From assembly GCA_964014485.1 (NCBI GenBank), contig CAXHAT010000082.1:1-33133 (forward strand): 33,133 nt of DNA. The letters are read 5' to 3'. Each line of letters opens with the position of its first letter. Position 1 is the first letter of the stretch. The position numbers and the translations under genes were made by a program. This document shows positions 18,338 to 26,362 of the stretch, piece by piece. The notes under the pieces were generated by a model. That model made no database searches and was not told where the DNA came from. It saw nothing but the letters and a program-made list of their open reading frames with translations. The DNA comes from an uncultured Deferribacteres bacterium (GTDB lineage Bacteria > Zhuqueibacterota > Zhuqueibacteria > Zhuqueibacterales > Geothermadaptataceae).

Positions 18338-18656
18338 GACATGCTCACTTGTTTTGAAGTTAGCTCCGTCCAAGCCAGTTGGCCTGTTTGAGAAACATGT
18401 CAAGAAATTCGTCCGCGCTTCCCTGAAAAAGGGACGAAAGCGGACGATCATTCGAATACTCGCCTTCAACCATTATTATGTAAGTTTTATTTTTCTCATT
18501 TTCAACTGAAATGCAGAAGCCTTTTGTAAAAAATGTGATCAGTTTGAGCGCTATTTTCTGGGAAAAGGCGCATTAATCGAGTAATTTTTTGTAGAGACGA
18601 AAACGCAAGGCGGTGCATCAAACGCCGAGTTTCCAATCTTACCAAGAGAGGGTAAA

Positions 18657-19295
18657 ATGTCTTGCTGTCAATGTCAGGGCGTTGAACAGATGTTCGACGA
18701 CAAAAACGCTCGCAAGGAACTCAAAAGCTATCACAAAAAAGGGGCGAGTAAGACCACGCAATTGCTCGTCAACGCCGTCCGGGAGCTTGGCGACGGCAGT
18801 TCGACACTGCTTGACGTCGGCGGCGGGGTTGGGGCGATTCAGCACGCGTTATTAAAAAACGGCTTCGAAAAAGCAACGCACGCCGATGCATCGTCTGCGT
18901 ACCTTACCGTCTCCAAACAAGAGGCCGAACGCCAAGGCACGGAAGATCGGGTTGATTATCGATTTGGAAACTTCGTGGAGATCGCGCCGGAAATCAAAAC
19001 ACACGATGTTGTCACCCTAGATCGCGTCATTTGTTGTTTCGATGACATGCCGGCATTGGTGCGCTCTTCGGCGGAGCGGGCCGAAAAATTGTATGGCGTG
19101 GTTTATCCAAGAGATCGCAAAAGTACGCGGATCGCGGCGAAACTGGGAAATTTTTTCCTGAAACTGCTGCGCAAACCTTTTCGCGGATTTATCCATAAAA
19201 CCGAGGACGTTGAAGCAATTTTGCGCGAGCTTGGTTTTCAGCGAAAATTCCACAAGAATCTCTTTATTTGGCAAGTGGCCGTTTTTGCCAAGTAA
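18657..19295 (+). CDS. Class I SAM-dependent methyltransferase (BchM-like fold)
   Basis: LLDVGGGVG motif I, HDVVTLDRVICC. Confidence 0.88.
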   Translation: MSCCQCQGVEQMFDDKNARKELKSYHKKGASKTTQLLVNAVRELGDGSSTLLDVGGGVGAIQHALLKNGFEKATHADASSAYLTVSKQEAERQGTEDRVDYRFGNFVEIAPEIKTHDVVTLDRVICCFDDMPALVRSSAERAEKLYGVVYPRDRKSTRIAAKLGNFFLKLLRKPFRGFIHKTEDVEAILRELGFQRKFHKNLFIWQVAVFAK

Positions 19296-19418
19296 TGCCT
19301 GCCGGTTATTCGGCAGATTCAAAATCTAACCGAAAACTCTGGAACCAAACGCTTCGCCGTTTAATTTAGAAGGCGGCGCTGCAATCATGAATCGTCGCAC
19401 ACCGCAAAGAGTTAATCA

Positions 19419-19649
19419 CTGATAACGCAGCTGACCAATAATATGGCATTTGATTAAAATCTTTGCTCTACGCGTCATTCCTGCGTAGGCAGGAATCCAG
19501 AAAATGGTGCACGGCCACTGGATTCCTGCCTCCGCAGGAATGACCTTGAAAAACGTTTTGGGGTCAGACAGCTTTGTTTCCAATTGCAATTTTCGATTCG
19601 GCCGGAAACCAATCTACAGCATGCATTATTGGTAAGCGCCTAACATCAG
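19419..19649. mobile_element. MITE-like element copy D (231 bp, different cargo)
   Basis: Degenerate left end CTGATAACGCA, right end GCCTAACATCAG; perfect TSD TTAATCA at 19412-19418 and 19650-19656; subterminal inverted repeat ACCAATAAT/ATTATTGGT. Confidence 0.78.
19474..19544. repeat. GTCATTCC-type inverted REP pair (dRS3/RPE-like) inside copy D
   Basis: GTCATTCCTGCGTAGGCAGGAATCCAG ... CTGGATTCCTGCCTCCGCAGGAATGAC. Confidence 0.85.
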
Positions 19650-19729
19650 TTAATCAGAAGCATTCTTCAATTTTGCGGCGCTTCCCTCCCGCCCCGGCCG
19701 CACATCTCAAAAGAACTCCGCTTAGCAAG

Positions 19730-19755
19730 GCAACCCTTTGAAAAACGACGCTGTC
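19730..19755 (+). promoter_or_regulatory. Candidate ECF-type autoregulatory promoter
   Basis: GCAAC-N17-TGTC upstream of the ECF sigma gene, matching the general ECF AAC/GTC pattern. Confidence 0.5.
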
Positions 19756-19801
19756 CTACGGATGAATTTCAGATCATTCGGCACAGCAAAGCCAATATTC
19801 A

Positions 19802-20428
19802 TTGAGCGCTCAAGACAGGACAAAATCATTGCAAAACGCAGTCGCTGATAAAACACTCGAGGCGAAAAATATTGAGGCGGAATTGATCGCCGCCTGCCAA
19901 AGGGGGGAACGGCAGGCGCAGTTTCAATTTTATCAGAAGTACAATGAGAAAGTGTTCAACATTGCGTTTCGCATGGCAAACGACTCTCAGGCCGCGGAAG
20001 ATTTAACCCAGCAAACGTTCATCAAGGCATTCCAAAAGATGGGTGATTTTCGCGGCGAGGCGGCGCTCTCGTCCTGGCTTTACCGCATCACGACAAACTT
20101 GTGTCTGAATCATCTGAAAAAGGCGAATCGCTGGCGAAAGCTCGTTTCCCGCGACGCCCCGGAAGTAACGCGCCGAATCCCTGCAAAGTCTTTCGAGAAT
20201 TCAGGGAGCGCGGCGTTAAAACCGCATCTCGAAAAGGCGATTCAGAAACTGCCGGATCGCTACCGGACGGTTTTTGTCCTGCATGACGTCGAGGGATTCA
20301 ACCATAAGGAAATCGGCGATATGCTGGGCGTTGCAGTCGGTACTTCAAAATCGCAATTGCACAAAGCGCGGCGTTCGCTTCGTGAAATATTGTCGCCGGT
20401 GTTGGCCATGCATAAGTCTTTGAGTTAA
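19802..20428 (+). CDS. ECF RNA polymerase sigma-70 factor
   Basis: AEDLTQQTF, FRGEAALSSWLYRI (region 2); LPDRYRTVFVLHDVEGFNHKEI, GTSKSQLHKAR (region 4). Start may instead be TTG 19829. Confidence 0.96.
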   Translation: MSAQDRTKSLQNAVADKTLEAKNIEAELIAACQRGERQAQFQFYQKYNEKVFNIAFRMANDSQAAEDLTQQTFIKAFQKMGDFRGEAALSSWLYRITTNLCLNHLKKANRWRKLVSRDAPEVTRRIPAKSFENSGSAALKPHLEKAIQKLPDRYRTVFVLHDVEGFNHKEIGDMLGVAVGTSKSQLHKARRSLREILSPVLAMHKSLS

Positions 20429-20452
20429 AACTTTATTACGGGACGCACAAAT

Positions 20453-20578
20453 ATCTCATTCCCAATCTCCGAATTGGGAATGAGATTGGGCAAGAAACTC
20501 CGGTTTCGAACCAAAGAATATACTCGAAACTGGAGTTTCGAGAGCAAGTAGGTTCCCAATCCGGAGATTGGGAACGAG
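20453..20578. repeat. CTCRTTCCCAA-type four-hairpin REP element
   Basis: CTCATTCCCAATCTCCGAATTGGGAATGAG, GAAACTCCGGTTTC, CGAAACTGGAGTTTCG, GTTCCCAATCCGGAGATTGGGAACGAG arranged as one large inverted repeat. Confidence 0.8.
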
Positions 20579-20589
20579 CCAGAAAACGA

Positions 20590-20651
20590 TGGAATGCCGG
20601 ATTAATGGAACTTCAAATACCAACAATCCACAACTCCATTATTCCAATACT
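20590..20651. repeat. Second head-to-head 8-mer array
   Basis: TGGAATGC CGGATTAA TGGAAC ... TCCACAAC TCCATTAT TCCAATAC. Confidence 0.6.
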
Positions 20652-20704
20652 TTGCTGCTTCATCAAGACAACGGATGATAAATTTTTCTCAATTTGGTAA
20701 AACC

Positions 20705-21493
20705 ATGAACTGTAAAACTTGCCAAAACCAGCTTTCCGACTACGCGGATCAGTCGCTTTCTCCCGACAAAACCCAGGCGATTGACGAGCATTTGCGCTCA
20801 TGCGAAACATGTGCGGCGCTGCTGCATGAAATGCAAATCGTCGTTCAGAACGCCGGAGACTTGGAACGCCGACAGCCGCCGGAACATCTTTGGACGAGCA
20901 TTGCCGCCGAGTTGGACGCGCCCAGAAACGGCGTTTTTAAAAAACGGTTTTTTGAAATTATAGAAAGCGTGAAAGGCGCTCTCACCAGCCCCGGTTTTGC
21001 AGTTAAAGGCGCAGCAGCTTTTGCTCTGCTTCTTCTGGGCGTTTTCATTGGCCGGACATTCTTCCCGTCGTCCGATTCTGAAACGCAATTTGCTGAAAAC
21101 AGCGCCGATTTTGAACTGCTGAACCAACGCGCACAACAATATTTGGAAAAATCAAAACTCGTCTTGACAAGCGTCGCGCATACGGAATTCGAAACGGATG
21201 AGCCGGTCGAAATCGATTTGGAAAAGCGCATCTCCGCGCAGCTTTTGCAAGAATCCGCCTACTTGCAGGAGCATCTACCGCAACGCAAAAATGAACGGCT
21301 GCGCCGATTGATGACGCAATTAGACATGATTTTAAGCGAAATCGCGGAGCTGCAAGATCAGGAAGATTTTGAAAGCATTGAGCTCATCCGCGACGGCATT
21401 GAAAGCACCGACCTTATTCTGCAAATCAACCTCAACCGATTGCAGGAAGAGTTAATCGTGCCCGTCAAAAGTGAAAAAGATCAATTATTATAA
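20705..21493 (+). CDS. Zinc-finger (zf-HC2/ZAS) transmembrane anti-sigma factor
   Basis: MNCKTC...HLRSCETC, a single TM helix (AAAFALLLLGVFIG) and a helical C-terminal domain; follows the ECF gene. Confidence 0.9.
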   Translation: MNCKTCQNQLSDYADQSLSPDKTQAIDEHLRSCETCAALLHEMQIVVQNAGDLERRQPPEHLWTSIAAELDAPRNGVFKKRFFEIIESVKGALTSPGFAVKGAAAFALLLLGVFIGRTFFPSSDSETQFAENSADFELLNQRAQQYLEKSKLVLTSVAHTEFETDEPVEIDLEKRISAQLLQESAYLQEHLPQRKNERLRRLMTQLDMILSEIAELQDQEDFESIELIRDGIESTDLILQINLNRLQEELIVPVKSEKDQLL

Positions 21494-21511
21494 AATTCTG
21501 GAGACTCGAAC

Positions 21512-23227
21512 ATGAAAGCCCGATTCCAAAAAACAACTTTCAGCTTAATGCTTTGCCTGCTCATCCCCTTGGCTGCGCAAAGCGAGACCGCTCGTTTCAA
21601 TTCCTTCGCGAATTTCTCCTTCCTGGAAGAAAACGAGTCCGACCCGGCTTATGAAGATTTTCGAAAAGCAAAAAATTTGATGTACGACGACAAGTTTCTC
21701 GAAGCGGAGCGCGCCTTCGCGAGCATTCTTTCTCGCTACAACGAGAGCAAATACCTGGACGACGCAGCCTACTATCGCGCCTACTGCCTTGAAAAAAGCG
21801 GCGAGAACAATCAGCAGGCGTTTGCGGCTTACCAGGCTTTTGCTGAAAAGTTTTCCAGCAGCCAATACTCTCGCCGAGCGCAGGAAAATTTAGTGCGCCT
21901 TGCAACTGAGCTCTATCGCGAAACGGGCCAAGAACGATACAAGGCTTACGTCCGCGAAACGAGCTCGGAAAACGAAAACTTTGATCTCAAGCTTGAAGCC
22001 ATCACCGCGCTCGGCCACATGAACAGCGACGAGGCTCTGCCGATTCTGGAGAAGATTCTAACTTCAAGCGGCAGTTCAAGAAAAGCAAAGAAAAAGGCCG
22101 TTTTTTCAATCAGCCAGATCGGTACGCCAAAAGCGACGGACGTTCTTGAGCGCACGGCGCGAGACGCAAGCGATCCTGACACGCAACAAGAAGCGGTTTT
22201 CTGGCTGGGACAGCACGGCGGGGAAGGCGTTGTGGAAACGCTGGGGAATATCTTCGAAGCTTCGGAAAGTCGTCAAGTTCGCAAAAAAGTTATTTTCTCG
22301 TTGTCGCAAATTGGCGGAACCGAGGCGCGGAACAAACTGGCGAAAATTGCCCGTGACGACGCTGAACCGAGAAGTCAGGAAGATGCGATTTTTTGGCTGG
22401 GGCAGAAAGGTGATCACGACGCAGCAATGGATGAATTGCTGGACATCTACAAAACGACAAAAAATCGTTCGGCGCGTAAGAAAGTGATTTTTTCCATCGG
22501 GCAAATGGGCGACGAGCGAGCATTTCGAATTCTTGTCGATTTCGCGAAAGACGAAAGTGACGCCGCGTCGCAAGAAGCAGCCGTTTTCTGGTTGGGACAA
22601 AGCGCCGGAAGCCGCGCGATCAGACCGCTGCAGGAAATTTTGCGCACGACCAAAAACGCAAATGTGAAAAAGAAAATCGTTTTTTCAATGAGCCAGATTG
22701 GAGGACAAGAAACGTTCAACATCCTCAAGGACATGGCGCTGAACGACCCGGATTCCAAGACGCAGCAAGAAGCGATCTTTTGGCTGGGTCAGCGCGGCGG
22801 CGCTAAAGCCGTTGAGCCGCTGAACGAAATTTTTGAGAAGAGCGACGATCCCGCGACGCGCAAAAAAGTCGTTTTCGCACTGTCGCAGATTCGCAGTCCG
22901 GAAGCGCGCGCAAAACTGGAGAAAATCGCTCGCAACGACGCTGAACCGAAGAGCCAGGAAGAAGCGATTTTTTGGTTGGGTCAACACGGCGGCTCCGGAG
23001 CGCTGAAGCAGCTCACGGACATTTACAACGCCACCAAAAACTATTCGGCGAAAAAGAAGGTCATTTTTGCGGCTTCACAAATGCACTCCGAAGAATCGCT
23101 CGATTTTCTCATCCGAATCGCAAAGAGCGGCAAATCCGCCGAAGTCCGCAAACAAGCGATTTTCTGGCTCGGACAACGCAACGACGACCGCGCGCGTCAG
23201 GCGCTGCAAGACATTATTAATCAATAG
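21512..23227 (+). CDS. Exported TPR-like + HEAT-repeat protein
   Basis: Signal peptide (…LIPLAAQ), TPR-like DDAAYYRAYCLEK, then six pairs of alternating KKVIFSLSQ / QEAIFWLGQ repeats; GGAG Shine-Dalgarno. Confidence 0.9.
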   Translation: MKARFQKTTFSLMLCLLIPLAAQSETARFNSFANFSFLEENESDPAYEDFRKAKNLMYDDKFLEAERAFASILSRYNESKYLDDAAYYRAYCLEKSGENNQQAFAAYQAFAEKFSSSQYSRRAQENLVRLATELYRETGQERYKAYVRETSSENENFDLKLEAITALGHMNSDEALPILEKILTSSGSSRKAKKKAVFSISQIGTPKATDVLERTARDASDPDTQQEAVFWLGQHGGEGVVETLGNIFEASESRQVRKKVIFSLSQIGGTEARNKLAKIARDDAEPRSQEDAIFWLGQKGDHDAAMDELLDIYKTTKNRSARKKVIFSIGQMGDERAFRILVDFAKDESDAASQEAAVFWLGQSAGSRAIRPLQEILRTTKNANVKKKIVFSMSQIGGQETFNILKDMALNDPDSKTQQEAIFWLGQRGGAKAVEPLNEIFEKSDDPATRKKVVFALSQIRSPEARAKLEKIARNDAEPKSQEEAIFWLGQHGGSGALKQLTDIYNATKNYSAKKKVIFAASQMHSEESLDFLIRIAKSGKSAEVRKQAIFWLGQRNDDRARQALQDIINQ

Positions 23228-23372
23228 CCCACGCGACGTGAAGGGTAACCGGTCAGCTTACCAACCGCGTTTGCGGTCTTGCTCGAAGAGTGGGAGTCAA
23301 ACGCTTCAACGTTTGATTGGGAGCTTTCTGTGGGGGCTTAAAACATAATATTTATAATGGGTTACACCAAAT

Positions 23373-23400
23373 GTAGGGGGTCAAAATTTTGAACCCCTAC
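23373..23400. repeat. 28-bp GTAG...CTAC REP-like palindrome (family 1)
   Basis: GTAGGGGGTCAAAATTTTGAACCCCTAC. Confidence 0.8.
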
Positions 23401-23532
23401 GATATGCTGTATGCCTTGTATTCAGAGACCATATTTTTGAACAATCCCACTCAGGAGAAAGAGTTACTCAGAAGCACTTGGCGACTCTCGACAAATAAAA
23501 CTTTCATTGCACAAGATGGAAAGGATGACAAA

Positions 23533-24876
23533 ATGAAAACCAAGACTGTACTCATAATTTTGCTCGCGTCACTTGCGTGCGCGACGTTTTCCCAAGCGCG
23601 CCAAGCCGAGCTTCCGGAAAATTTCGTCCGGCTTTCAGGACAAAACAGCGTTGAATCAGCGATTCGAGAAGCAAATTCGCGCGCCGAAAACAACGAACGT
23701 TTTTGGGTCGGTTATCGAACGGATTTGCGGGATGATCTCGTGAGAAAAGGCCGCGTCTATATTCACGACAACGGCGGCGTTAGTTGGTATCACGGCGATG
23801 AAAACTGGTTTTGGGATGAGGACAACGATGACCTGAAAACCACGGCTTATCGCGCGCTTGCAGAAATGGGGGACGATGAAGCGAAAGAAGAACTTAAGAA
23901 ACGCCGTCGTCAAGTCGTGATGTTTTCCCCCGAGGATTACGCGATCTATTTTCTCCTTGACAAAGGCTCTTCTCAACCGCAGCGCGTGCAATTCCTGCAT
24001 TTTGACCATGTGAAAAGGCTGCGCGGGATCAAAACTTACTGGGCTGCGAAGCTTCCCGCGAACGGCAGCTTTTCTTTTCTCAAAAATATCGTCGAAAACG
24101 CCGCCGCGCCGGATCGCGTCCGCAAACCAGCGGTATTCCTGACCAGCCTGCACGACACGCCTGAGACGATTCCGTTTCTAAAACGCACAGCCGCTTCGGA
24201 CGAAGATTATGACGTTCGCAAAACCGCGACGTTTTGGCTTTCGCAAATTCCTGTAGAAGAAAGCTTTGACGCCTTGCTCGATCTATACGAAAAAGAAGAG
24301 TCCATAAAACTCAAGGGCGAGATCGTTTTCGCGCTCAGCCAACACAAAAGTGAGCGTTCAACACCCAAATTGGCGGAAATCGCCCGCTCAAAAGAACCGT
24401 TTCACGTGAGAGAAAAAGCGGTGTTTTGGCTTGGGCAAACCAATGAAGAATCAGCGCTCGACGTTTTGCAAGAAATCTACGATGAAAACGCCGACAGTCG
24501 TTTGAAGGAAAAAATCATTTTCTCAATCAGCCAACACAAGAGCGAACGCTCGCCGAAAATCCTGATTGACATTGCCGAGAACGATAGTGACCGTCACGCG
24601 CGGGAAAAGGCGATTTTTTGGTTGGGGCAAATTGCCGGCAAGAAGAGCCTGGAAGTGCTGCGCGGCATTGTCGTAGATGACGATGAGACGAAAATTCAGG
24701 AAAAAGCCGTATTCGCCATTAGCCAAAATCGGGATCGCGATGAAGCGACCAAAATCCTGCTCGACATTGCCAGAAATCACAAAAACCCGCACGTCCGCAA
24801 GAAAGCAATTTTCTGGCTCGGCCAAACGGACAAGAGCAAGGCGCTGGAGCTTTACAAGGACATCTTGAAAAACTAA
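23533..24876 (+). CDS. Exported HEAT-repeat protein 2
   Basis: Signal peptide MKTKTVLIILLASLACATFSQA, a unique N-terminal domain, and four pairs of IFSISQ / AIFWLGQ repeats. Confidence 0.88.
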   Translation: MKTKTVLIILLASLACATFSQARQAELPENFVRLSGQNSVESAIREANSRAENNERFWVGYRTDLRDDLVRKGRVYIHDNGGVSWYHGDENWFWDEDNDDLKTTAYRALAEMGDDEAKEELKKRRRQVVMFSPEDYAIYFLLDKGSSQPQRVQFLHFDHVKRLRGIKTYWAAKLPANGSFSFLKNIVENAAAPDRVRKPAVFLTSLHDTPETIPFLKRTAASDEDYDVRKTATFWLSQIPVEESFDALLDLYEKEESIKLKGEIVFALSQHKSERSTPKLAEIARSKEPFHVREKAVFWLGQTNEESALDVLQEIYDENADSRLKEKIIFSISQHKSERSPKILIDIAENDSDRHAREKAIFWLGQIAGKKSLEVLRGIVVDDDETKIQEKAVFAISQNRDRDEATKILLDIARNHKNPHVRKKAIFWLGQTDKSKALELYKDILKN

Positions 24877-24909
24877 TGGGAGCCGCCGCCGTCTGCGATC
24901 CAGGAAAAG

Positions 24910-26190
24910 TCAAACTTTTGTCAGCAGTTGGTGCTCATGGAGCAGCTTCGCCGCCGCAACCACGGTTTGAAACGAAATTTTTGAGCGCTTGGCGACGTCC
25001 AGAAGCGAGTGTTCGCTGTCGGAAAGGTTGAGCGTCCAGAGCATGGCGAGCTGCAATTCTTGCCGCGTGCCAGGGGCGCCCATCGCTTCATAAATGCCGC
25101 GTTTCCCAAGCTGCGGCTCACACTTTGGATTCGTATTTTTAAAGGTCGCGTTACTTTCCAGAATCTCGACGACCTCCACGCATTTTTTCAAAGAATCTTC
25201 CAGCGAAACGGGTTTGACAAAATCCAGATTATCGGCGGAAGTGTGATACTCGGGATATTGCCCGAACGGCGTGCGCATCAGGCAGCCCATCGGCAGATTA
25301 AAGCCCGGCGAGCAGTACTGCCGCTCATCATAGCCGTAGGGCGAGAAATCGATCATGTCGAATTTATCGCCGGAATTCTTTAAAACGTATTCAAAAGCTT
25401 TGTCAATCTCTGCGTTTCCGCGACGGCTGCGTTTGTAAGTCACATGACCGCCGTCACCGACGCCCGTGACAACCAAGCCGTGCTTGATTTTTTTGACGTG
25501 CGCTTCGTTTTTGGCCAGCCAGGTAATCGCGCCGATGGTGCCGGGAATGAAGATGATGCGGTACGACAGCCTGCGCGCTCTATTTTTTAAATGCTTCCCC
25601 AACCATGTCGCGACCGCGATCCCGGAAAGATTGTCGTTGCAAAGCGACGGGTGGCAAGCATGGCAAGAAATAAGCATTTCTTCGTCTGACTCGCCCTGCA
25701 AAAAACATTCGGCGTACGTCAGACTCCCGTTTTCCAGTGTTGAATCGATAAAAACTTCATACTCGCCCGGGGGCATCTCCCGCAACTGATTCTCACTCAT
25801 ACAAAAACCCCAATTTTCATTGTAGTACGACGTGCGGTAAGGAATCCAGTCGGGGTTTTCCGGCAGCGTGAAAAGATGCGGTTTGAGTTCATCGAGCGTC
25901 ATTTTGCGATGAATCGGCGCGCTGTAATTGAGCACGTGCAAATTGTGCTTCTTAAAATCGACGACTTTCTCGCCCGCGCTGTTTTTGATCCAGCCGTCGC
26001 GGATATTCCACTCCTTCGGCACAGTCCAATCGAAAACGCCCTCGCCGCTAGGGATTTCGAAACGTTTTAGCGGAATTTCTTTTGCGATAAAACCCAGAGT
26101 TTGCCGAAAACCGTCGCCGGTGATGCTGCGGCAAATGGGATAGAGCGTTTTGATAAATTGGTACATTTCCTCGCCGCGATTTGAAATCAT
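24910..26190 (-). CDS. DUF4910/DUF2172 M28-like aminopeptidase domain protein with C-terminal winged helix
   Basis: LYPICRSITGDG, FDWTVPKEW, IPYRTSYY, HACHPSLCNDNLSG, GYDERQYCSPGFNLP, EYHTSADN, CEPQLGKRG. Confidence 0.9.
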   Translation of the reverse strand: MISNRGEEMYQFIKTLYPICRSITGDGFRQTLGFIAKEIPLKRFEIPSGEGVFDWTVPKEWNIRDGWIKNSAGEKVVDFKKHNLHVLNYSAPIHRKMTLDELKPHLFTLPENPDWIPYRTSYYNENWGFCMSENQLREMPPGEYEVFIDSTLENGSLTYAECFLQGESDEEMLISCHACHPSLCNDNLSGIAVATWLGKHLKNRARRLSYRIIFIPGTIGAITWLAKNEAHVKKIKHGLVVTGVGDGGHVTYKRSRRGNAEIDKAFEYVLKNSGDKFDMIDFSPYGYDERQYCSPGFNLPMGCLMRTPFGQYPEYHTSADNLDFVKPVSLEDSLKKCVEVVEILESNATFKNTNPKCEPQLGKRGIYEAMGAPGTRQELQLAMLWTLNLSDSEHSLLDVAKRSKISFQTVVAAAKLLHEHQLLTKV

Positions 26191-26228
26191 TTCAGCGTCC
26201 TCAATTAATGAAAAATCTTCTGCCGCTC

Positions 26229-26256
26229 GCAGAGACGCGATGCATCGCGTCTCTGC
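26229..26256. repeat. 28-bp perfect REP-like palindrome (family 2 variant)
   Basis: GCAGAGACGCGATGCATCGCGTCTCTGC; differs from the 11148 copy by one compensatory base pair. Confidence 0.85.
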
Positions 26257-26362
26257 GTTCAATAAAGTTAAATCACTTGACTAAAAAGCGGGCTCAACCT
26301 ACCTTTCCCTCGCCGCAAATCGTTCAAAGAAATCCACCGCAATTTTTAGCTGATTACGAAAT

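Noticed and set aside
18459..18486. TTATGTAAGTT XerD-like arm
   Set aside because: The partner arm is poor; more likely AT-rich promoter DNA between divergent genes.
18657..19295. Calling the methyltransferase bchM or inferring phototrophy
   Set aside because: The resemblance is fold-level only and there are no other chlorophyll genes in the window.
19637..19649. GCCTAAC/GTTA motifs as integron attC cores
   Set aside because: The order is GTT...AAC facing inward with TSDs, opposite to attC (RYYYAAC...GTTRRRY), and no integrase is present.
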